From Thermococcus sp. JdFR-02 (GTDB lineage: Archaea > Methanobacteriota_B > Thermococci > Thermococcales > Thermococcaceae), in NCBI GenBank assembly GCA_002009975.1, contig MTLP01000022.1:1-64000 (forward strand): a stretch of 64,000 nt of DNA. The letters run 5' to 3'. A program made the position numbers and the translations under genes. Shown one piece after another: positions 57,630 through 64,000 of this stretch; positions within the stretch are counted from its first letter, which is position 1, and each line of letters begins with the position of its first letter. The notes below the pieces were generated by a model. It had not been told where the DNA came from, searched no databases, and saw only the letters and a list, made by a program, of their open reading frames with translations.

Positions 57630-58081
57630 AATGTCCGATTTGTGGAGTTGAGATGGAAAATATTGAGGAGCATTTAAAGGGTCATATAAACTTTGAAAGA
57701 AAGCTTCTAAAGGAGGAACTTGATTCTCTGAAGAACATGGATCGTTTTATGCTTTATAACGTGATGGGGAAGACTATAGTAGTTAATACAAAAATCGATA
57801 AGCCTTTTACTTTCCACTGCTCAGCAGAGAATTGTGGCATAGACATAAAATTGGAAGGAACGATCAAGGTAACTGACTTTAAAGATTACATTGTCACAAA
57901 GGCAATAGCCCTTTCAAAAATCGAGAGCTTTAAAGAGCTTTTAAAAAGTTCCTTAGATGACAAGCCCTTAGTTTTTGAAGGGTATGTAAATGGGAAAAAA
58001 GTCAAGCTTCCTGCAGAGAGCACAGAGGATTTTTCAAGAAGATTTCTCTCAATGAAAGACTCGTATTACATACTTCGTTAA
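57626..58081 (+). CDS. Zinc-finger hypothetical protein
   Basis: CPICG..EEHLKGH. Confidence 0.65.
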   Translation: MKCPICGVEMENIEEHLKGHINFERKLLKEELDSLKNMDRFMLYNVMGKTIVVNTKIDKPFTFHCSAENCGIDIKLEGTIKVTDFKDYIVTKAIALSKIESFKELLKSSLDDKPLVFEGYVNGKKVKLPAESTEDFSRRFLSMKDSYYILR

Positions 58082-58539
58082 GGCTTTAAGTTCATATCCT
58101 CCTTTACGATTTCCATTGCAACATGGGTAGTCGTTTTTTCAACTCCGTCAATAGACAGTACACTCTTTACGAATTTGTTCATATCTTCCCTTCCTCTGAA
58201 CTTTGCCACAACGATTATGTCAAATTCCCCAGTTACGTCATAAACGCACATCACATGATCATCCTTAGCTATCTCCTTTTCTATCTCTATTATCCTTTTT
58301 CCTTGAGCTCTAACACCAATTATAGCTGTAAGACCATAACCGAGCTTTTCATAATCTAATTTTGGGTAGAAGCCTTTTATCACACCTTCCTCTTCAAGTC
58401 TCTTAATTCTATTATACACAGTGCCAACTGCAATCCCTAACTCTTTAGCGATTTCTCTATAAGATAGACGAGCATCTTTTTGTAAGAGCGTTAATATTTG
58501 CCTATCCAAGTCATCTATCACTATCATCCCCCTTTCCAT
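58078..58539 (-). CDS. Lrp/AsnC family transcriptional regulator
   Basis: DDLDRQILTLLQKDARLSYREIA, VTGEFD. Confidence 0.93.
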   Translation of the reverse strand: MERGMIVIDDLDRQILTLLQKDARLSYREIAKELGIAVGTVYNRIKRLEEEGVIKGFYPKLDYEKLGYGLTAIIGVRAQGKRIIEIEKEIAKDDHVMCVYDVTGEFDIIVVAKFRGREDMNKFVKSVLSIDGVEKTTTHVAMEIVKEDMNLKP

Positions 58540-58591
58540 AATTTACCGTAAAGTTTAAATATTCTTCCCTTTTCAATCCTTCTTGGACTGA

Positions 58592-58669
58592 GGACCGGTA
58601 GCCTAGCCAGGATAGGGCAGCGGCCTCCTAAGCCGCAGGTCCGGGGTTCGAATCCCCGCCGGTCCGCCA
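58592..58669 (+). tRNA. tRNA-Arg(CCT)
   Basis: GGACCGG...CCGGTCCGCCA, anticodon arm GCGGC-CT-CCT-AA-GCCGC. Confidence 0.97.
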
Positions 58670-58736
58670 AAACAAAAATCTAGCCTTTTTATAATTTTCT
58701 TCCAAATTAAAAATAGAAGAGTACAAACTAGTGAAG

Positions 58737-59903
58737 CTACCACTTTGATAGGAGGTAATCCTTCTCCTTCAAAAATATCTCTGCTCTTCTTTCAATGATC
58801 CTCTCAGCTTCTAATGTACTCATGTCTTTAGTTTTTTCAACGAAATCTGCTGTCTTTGCAAAGTAAAGCGGAACTAGTGGTTCCGGCTTTTCTAATATTC
58901 CATTCTTGTAAGCAACAGCAGCATCGTATAAAACATGGCTCCAAAGAATGTCATCGAAGTCAAATGTTTTTAGAGCTTTTTCAACACTTCCAAATGTTTC
59001 CTCTGAAAGAACTTTCTTCAAAATATCTCTATTCTCCTCAAATCCTTCTTTTGCCTTAATTTTTAGTTTCTCAAGGTTAATTTTAACTTCTTCTGGTTCT
59101 GCTTTTTCGACCTTTCCTACTAGAGGTACCTCCGTAATCTCCCTCACATTTTTCCAAACATTTTCATATTTCTTCATCAGCATAAATAGGGTCCCAACAA
59201 CTTGATTGAACATTGGGCCTAGACTCTCTGCTGGGTCCTTTGGGTTATGAATCTTTAAACCTAACGCCGTTTGAATAACTTTAAACCCTTCTGCAATTGC
59301 TGTAGTTGTTAAAAAGATGTCAACTCCAAATCTTGCAACGTCAGTCTTCCAAACTTCTCCATTTTTTAAATAGACATCAAAGAGCCTTGAACTTACTCCA
59401 AAATCTCCTCCAATTGGCTGTCTGACTTTAAATCCATACAAAGCGGTTGTCATTGGAAAGGCGATGTTGTTCGTTATAGTTCCATCGTATTTATGCCTAA
59501 TATAATATGGAACAACAAAATCGTAGCCATCAACAATAGGCTTTGCAAATTTATAAATCCACTCTGGAGTTATGCTCCTCAAATCACTATCAACAAAGAT
59601 CAAAATTTCTGCACCTTTTTCTCTTGCAAGTTCCATTAGCTCCTTCATAGCACTCCCTTTTCCGGGAATAGGCCATTTATAAACAAAGCTTAAAACTTCA
59701 ATTCCTTCTGGGACTTTTGTGCTTAAAACAACGTCTCTTGTGCCATCTTTACTTCCGCCATCAGCGTTTACTATTATTCCTCCCCCAAAATACTTTTTTA
59801 AGCCTTCTGCAACCTGTTTAACGACAAAGCCAATTGTGTCAGCGTTATTATAGCTCGGGATTCCAACCATAATTTTCATCCTTTCATCCCTCCAAAAATA
59901 CAA
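58737..59903 (-). CDS. GT-A glycosyltransferase, glucosyl/mannosylglycerate synthase-like
   Basis: GIPSYNN, PGKGSA, VDSDLRS, RHKYDGTITN, RQPIGGDF. Confidence 0.8.
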   Translation of the reverse strand: MYFWRDERMKIMVGIPSYNNADTIGFVVKQVAEGLKKYFGGGIIVNADGGSKDGTRDVVLSTKVPEGIEVLSFVYKWPIPGKGSAMKELMELAREKGAEILIFVDSDLRSITPEWIYKFAKPIVDGYDFVVPYYIRHKYDGTITNNIAFPMTTALYGFKVRQPIGGDFGVSSRLFDVYLKNGEVWKTDVARFGVDIFLTTTAIAEGFKVIQTALGLKIHNPKDPAESLGPMFNQVVGTLFMLMKKYENVWKNVREITEVPLVGKVEKAEPEEVKINLEKLKIKAKEGFEENRDILKKVLSEETFGSVEKALKTFDFDDILWSHVLYDAAVAYKNGILEKPEPLVPLYFAKTADFVEKTKDMSTLEAERIIERRAEIFLKEKDYLLSKW

Positions 59904-59975
59904 CCATCCAAAGTGGTTTATATTGGGGAAAGCATTATATACTTTTTGTTTTTAGAACAACCTTGAGGGATATAT

Positions 59976-61004
59976 ATGGCAGAAAGGAAACTCCGAGTAG
60001 GAGTCATAGGATGTGGCAACATTTTTAATTTAGCGCACAGAAATGCCCTAAAAAAGCTGGAAAACATCAAAGTTGTTGCTTTTATGGACATTAAAGTGGA
60101 AAAAGCAAAACAAGCAGCGAAAGAGTTTAATGCAAGCTATTATAGAAATCTAGATGAGTTTCTTGATTTAGATTTAGACGTTGTTGAAATTCTAACTCCA
60201 ACCTACACACATGCAGACTTGGCTATTAAAGCATTAAAGAGTGGAAAACATGTTATCGTTGAAAAACCAATAGCCTTAACCTCTGAAGAAGCTGAAAGAA
60301 TGATAAAAACTGCTGAAAAAGAAGATTTAAAGCTCTTTGTAGGACATGTAAGACGTTTTGACAAAAGATGGATGCAGATAAAAGAGATACTCAAAAAAAG
60401 AAACATTTTACCGATGCATATAAAGAAATCAGAAGTTCAAAGATTGCCTTTTCCAGAGACTTACTGGTATTGGAAGAACAACAAAAGCGGAGGAGTTGCA
60501 ATAGACTTAGGGGTTCACGTTACAGACTTCTTGAGATGGTACTTTGAGAGCGAGCCTGTTGAAGTGTTTGCTCTTGGTAAAATGATAAAAAAAGAAGCAA
60601 TAGCAAATAACACTTACGATCATTTTGTCATGATGATTAAGTTTAATGGAGGAAAAACAGGAATAGCTGAAGTGAGCTGGGCTTATCCATATCCAGCGCG
60701 CTATGGAGTTTTCTATCATCATCTAGATATCATCGGCAAAAATGGAAGAATCAGGTATACCCCAATGGATACCCCAGTAGTTGGAGTCGCGAAAAGGCAC
60801 TTTGAAATGCCACGCTTTTCCCCATTGTTATCAACATTCCCAGATGCCTTTGAGAGGGAATTAAGACACTTTATAGAATGCATATCCAGAAACAAAGAAC
60901 CTGTTGTGACAGCACATGATGCAAAGATAGCCCTAGAGATAGCAGAAAAAGCCCTTGAATCCGCTAAAAGAGGAGAAGCGGTTAGAATGGAGGTGAGAGA
61001 ATGA
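59976..61004 (+). CDS. Gfo/Idh/MocA oxidoreductase
   Basis: GCGNI, VEKP, GGVAIDLGVH. Confidence 0.92.
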   Translation: MAERKLRVGVIGCGNIFNLAHRNALKKLENIKVVAFMDIKVEKAKQAAKEFNASYYRNLDEFLDLDLDVVEILTPTYTHADLAIKALKSGKHVIVEKPIALTSEEAERMIKTAEKEDLKLFVGHVRRFDKRWMQIKEILKKRNILPMHIKKSEVQRLPFPETYWYWKNNKSGGVAIDLGVHVTDFLRWYFESEPVEVFALGKMIKKEAIANNTYDHFVMMIKFNGGKTGIAEVSWAYPYPARYGVFYHHLDIIGKNGRIRYTPMDTPVVGVAKRHFEMPRFSPLLSTFPDAFERELRHFIECISRNKEPVVTAHDAKIALEIAEKALESAKRGEAVRMEVRE

Positions 61005-62023
61005 TTAGGTTTGGAATCATAAGTTATGCTCATCCTCATGCCATAAGATATGCTGAAACCATAGTAAATAATCCAAAGGCTAAGCTCTATGCAATTTCCG
61101 GTGACGGTGCAAACAGTGATGTTGCAAAAAGGGAAGCACAAAGATTTACAGTCAAAGGTTCTATAGTAAGATTTTACGAAAATTATGAACAGCTTTTGAA
61201 AGATAAAAAGGTTGATGCTGTTTATATTGCAATTGAAACTTACAGACACAAAGAAGTTGCAATTAGGGCTGCAGAAGAGGGGAAGCACATACTTTTAGAA
61301 AAACCAATAGCATTAAATCTTAAAGATGCTGAGGAGATTATTAAAACTGCAAAAAAGAATGATGTTAAGTTAATGGTTCCATTCAATCCACGTTTTACAA
61401 CCCCATTAATGAAAGCCAAGGAAATGATAGAAAGGGGAGAGATAGGCAAGCTAGAGTATATAAATGCAATTTCAGAATATGTAAAACCTCCAATCTTCTT
61501 AGAGGGGCTGGATTTGAGCTGGTTCTTAGATAGCAAAAAATCTGGTGGCGGTGGCTTTATGGACACAGCACCACATGGAATCGATTCCCTTCTATGGCTA
61601 GTAAAAAGCGAACCTAAGAAGGTTTATGCCGATATAGGCTCAAAGATCTACGGATTTCCAGTGGATGATATTGGAACAGCAGTTTTAGAGTTTAAAAATG
61701 GCGTTATAGCAGTTTTAAGTGCTGGATGGGGCAATCCAAAAGGTTACTCATACAACCTTGAACTTAAGTATTACTTGGTTGGAAAAGAAGGATTCTTGGA
61801 TGTAAGAACAGTTTACCCAGATTTTACAGTGTATCAAGATAGAGCTGAGAAGATCTATTGGGAAAGAGTGGATGTTGAAAACATTGTTAAAAGCTTCGTA
61901 AATTCAATAATCTACGATAAGGATCCTCCAATTACTGGAGAAGACGCCAAGAAGAACCTTGCAATAATTTTAGCCGCTTATGAATCTTCTAAGACTGGAA
62001 AGGTTATTAAACTTTCCCTGTAA
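61001..62023 (+). CDS. Gfo/Idh/MocA oxidoreductase
   Basis: LEKP, GGGGFMDTAPH. Confidence 0.9.
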   Translation: MIRFGIISYAHPHAIRYAETIVNNPKAKLYAISGDGANSDVAKREAQRFTVKGSIVRFYENYEQLLKDKKVDAVYIAIETYRHKEVAIRAAEEGKHILLEKPIALNLKDAEEIIKTAKKNDVKLMVPFNPRFTTPLMKAKEMIERGEIGKLEYINAISEYVKPPIFLEGLDLSWFLDSKKSGGGGFMDTAPHGIDSLLWLVKSEPKKVYADIGSKIYGFPVDDIGTAVLEFKNGVIAVLSAGWGNPKGYSYNLELKYYLVGKEGFLDVRTVYPDFTVYQDRAEKIYWERVDVENIVKSFVNSIIYDKDPPITGEDAKKNLAIILAAYESSKTGKVIKLSL

Positions 62024-62124
62024 CTTTACTTTTTTCAAAATACAACAACTGAAAGTGGTTCTATCATAACGCTTATATATCCTATGTTGCATAATTTTAG
62101 TGACATGTACCGAGGTGGTGTCTA

Positions 62125-63447
62125 ATGAAAAAGGCAGTACTTAGCCTATTTTTGATTGGAGTTTTAGCCTTTGCTGTTGTAGCAAGTGGATGTGTAAGTA
62201 AGGAAGAAACAACGCCCACAACTTCAGAACAACCAAAAGAAACTACGCCTGCAAAACTTATATGGGTTTCAACCCAACTTAATCCACCCGAAGAGAGAGC
62301 ATTTGTCCAAGAGGTTCTTCTAAGCGAATTTAAGAAGGAGACAGGAATTGATGTTGAGTTTATTGCCATATCCTATACAGACTTGGCAACAAGACTTGAA
62401 GCTGAAGAAACAACTGGCAAGGTTACAATTGATGTAATTGGTGAATTACACGGAGGATTGGATTACTTTAACTCAAAAGGCTGGCTAATGGACCTAAGCA
62501 ACATGCCAGCCTTAAGTGGAAGAACTTTCATCTCAACCTTTGAAAAGTATGCAACAATTGGTGGAAAGAAGGTTTATGTTCCATGGATGAGCGCTACCTA
62601 CGTAATGGTAATTAACAAGAAAGCTTTTGACTATCTCCCAGATGGACTAACAAAGGATGATGTTATGAAAGGAACCGAGAAGTGGACTTATGACGCATTC
62701 TTAGCTTGGGCTAAGAAGCTTAAAGAAGCAACTGGTTCACCACAAGTTGGATTCCCAGCAGGTCCAAAAGGATTATTCGTAAGATTCTTGCACGGTTACA
62801 TATACCCTGCATATACTGGATATCAAGCAAAAGCCTTTGATTCACCAGAAGCTGTAACAATGTGGAACTACCTTAAGAGCCTCTGGCCATACGTGCACCC
62901 AGCAAGTACAACATGGGATGCTATGTCAGATCCACTCCTTAAGGGAGAAGTCCTAATCGCTTGGGATCACACTGCAAGAATTAAGAATGCTATTGAAACA
63001 AGACCAGATGACTTTGTAGTTGTTCCAGTTCCAAGAGGACCAAAGGGAAGAGGATTCATCCTAGTCGTCGCTGGATTAGCCATTCCACAAAACGCTCCAA
63101 ATCCAGATGCAGCTTGGAAATTAATTGACTACCTTACAAAGCCAGAAACACAAGTTAAGGTTCTCGAAAAGGTTGGATTCTTCCCAACAGTTAAAGAGGC
63201 AAGCGGCGCTCTACCAGCAGGACCACTTAAGATCTTAGCTGAGGGTGTTGCTGCTCAGTCATCAACACCAGATGCAGTAGTTGCTATGATTCCAAACTTG
63301 GGTGCAAAGGGTGGTGAATTCAAAGCTATTTACAAGGAAGCATTTACAAGGATTGTCTTAAACAACGAAGATCCAGCAACAGTTACAAAAGAACTTGGTC
63401 CAAAGCTTAAGGGATTGTTCGAGGAAGTAGGAATAGAAGTTCCATGA
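62125..63447 (+). CDS. Sugar ABC substrate-binding lipoprotein
   Basis: ASGC lipobox, T/E linker, AWDHTAR, PRGPKGRGF. Confidence 0.9.
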   Translation: MKKAVLSLFLIGVLAFAVVASGCVSKEETTPTTSEQPKETTPAKLIWVSTQLNPPEERAFVQEVLLSEFKKETGIDVEFIAISYTDLATRLEAEETTGKVTIDVIGELHGGLDYFNSKGWLMDLSNMPALSGRTFISTFEKYATIGGKKVYVPWMSATYVMVINKKAFDYLPDGLTKDDVMKGTEKWTYDAFLAWAKKLKEATGSPQVGFPAGPKGLFVRFLHGYIYPAYTGYQAKAFDSPEAVTMWNYLKSLWPYVHPASTTWDAMSDPLLKGEVLIAWDHTARIKNAIETRPDDFVVVPVPRGPKGRGFILVVAGLAIPQNAPNPDAAWKLIDYLTKPETQVKVLEKVGFFPTVKEASGALPAGPLKILAEGVAAQSSTPDAVVAMIPNLGAKGGEFKAIYKEAFTRIVLNNEDPATVTKELGPKLKGLFEEVGIEVP

Positions 63448-63460
63448 GGGAGGAGGAAGA

Positions 63461-64000
63461 ATGAAGATTAAATCTGAATTCCTTCCCTACCTTTTAATTT
63501 TACCTGCCTTTGCGTATTTAATGTTCTTTGTTGGTTATCCTCTAGCTCAGGCATTGTATTTAGCCTTTACTCAGAATGGTGCGTTTTCTTTAGCCACAGT
63601 TCGTAGAGCGATTAGCGATTATTATTTTTGGACTGCTTTAAAATATACCCTCGGTTTAGCTGCTATAATAGTTCCAACCCAAGTTATTTTAGCATTGGTT
63701 TTAGCATTGGTTATGAATAAGAGTTTTAAGGGTAGAGATTTGAGTATATACGCTCTTGTGATTCCCTTAACAATAAGTGATGTTGCTGCTGGTCTTATCT
63801 GGTACTCAATGCTTTCACCCTACGGGTTTTTAAATAAGCTCCTAATGAATATTGGGATTCTTGATAACCCAATCTACTTTTTTGGATATCAATTTAGGCA
63901 TATGGAATTCTTGGCAATAGTTTTGGCTGAGCTTTGGAGGGCTACCGCTATAGTTTTTGTTATAATCTTAGCAGGTCTCCAGATGATAAGTAACGAATAT
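63461..64000 (+). CDS. Sugar ABC permease, partial (runs off window end)
   Basis: MKIKSEFLPYLLILPAFAYLMFFVGYPLAQALYLAF; GGAGGAGG RBS. Confidence 0.85.
   Translation, partial: MKIKSEFLPYLLILPAFAYLMFFVGYPLAQALYLAFTQNGAFSLATVRRAISDYYFWTALKYTLGLAAIIVPTQVILALVLALVMNKSFKGRDLSIYALVIPLTISDVAAGLIWYSMLSPYGFLNKLLMNIGILDNPIYFFGYQFRHMEFLAIVLAELWRATAIVFVIILAGLQMISNEY

Noticed and set aside
1215-62369. Many short overlapping or antisense ORFs in the track (e.g. 1697-2086, 15586-15996, 23052-23561, 60719-61288)
   Set aside because: Shadow frames of well-supported genes, with no motifs or RBS.

Overview
AT-rich archaeal chromosome segment, by gene content from the Thermococcales. The left arm (1-21 kb) carries a cstA/ArsA(Get3)-like operon, a Trm11-linked radical-SAM operon, a GH130/GH65/ABC sugar locus, a box C/D sRNA, alanine aminotransferase, a SAMP/ThiS gene and two tRNAs. 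The centre (21147-44885, ~23.7 kb) is an apparently intact provirus in tRNA-Gly(GCC). It has 46-bp att repeats, an SSV-type integrase split by integration, an MCM helicase with a long N-terminal extension, a divergent AbrB pair, a cargo block and a spindle-virus-like morphogenesis module. The most striking signal is an iteron-like TGCAAA array inside the mcm gene that recurs twice in the cargo region. One copy is an exact 91-bp inverted duplicate (30423-30513). The other is a ~180-bp non-coding homologue (31745-31923) in which the TGCAAA repeats are switched to TGGAAA. This suggests decoy origins or antisense elements aimed at the virus's own and a competitor's replication initiator; the function is inference. 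The right arm holds a small nuclease island, housekeeping genes (mtnP, SRP54), a SpoIIM/DUF95 archaeocin-like cluster with two precursors sharing a leader, tRNA-Arg(CCT) and a glycosyltransferase/Gfo-Idh/ABC locus. All family calls come from motif recognition by eye, without database searches.
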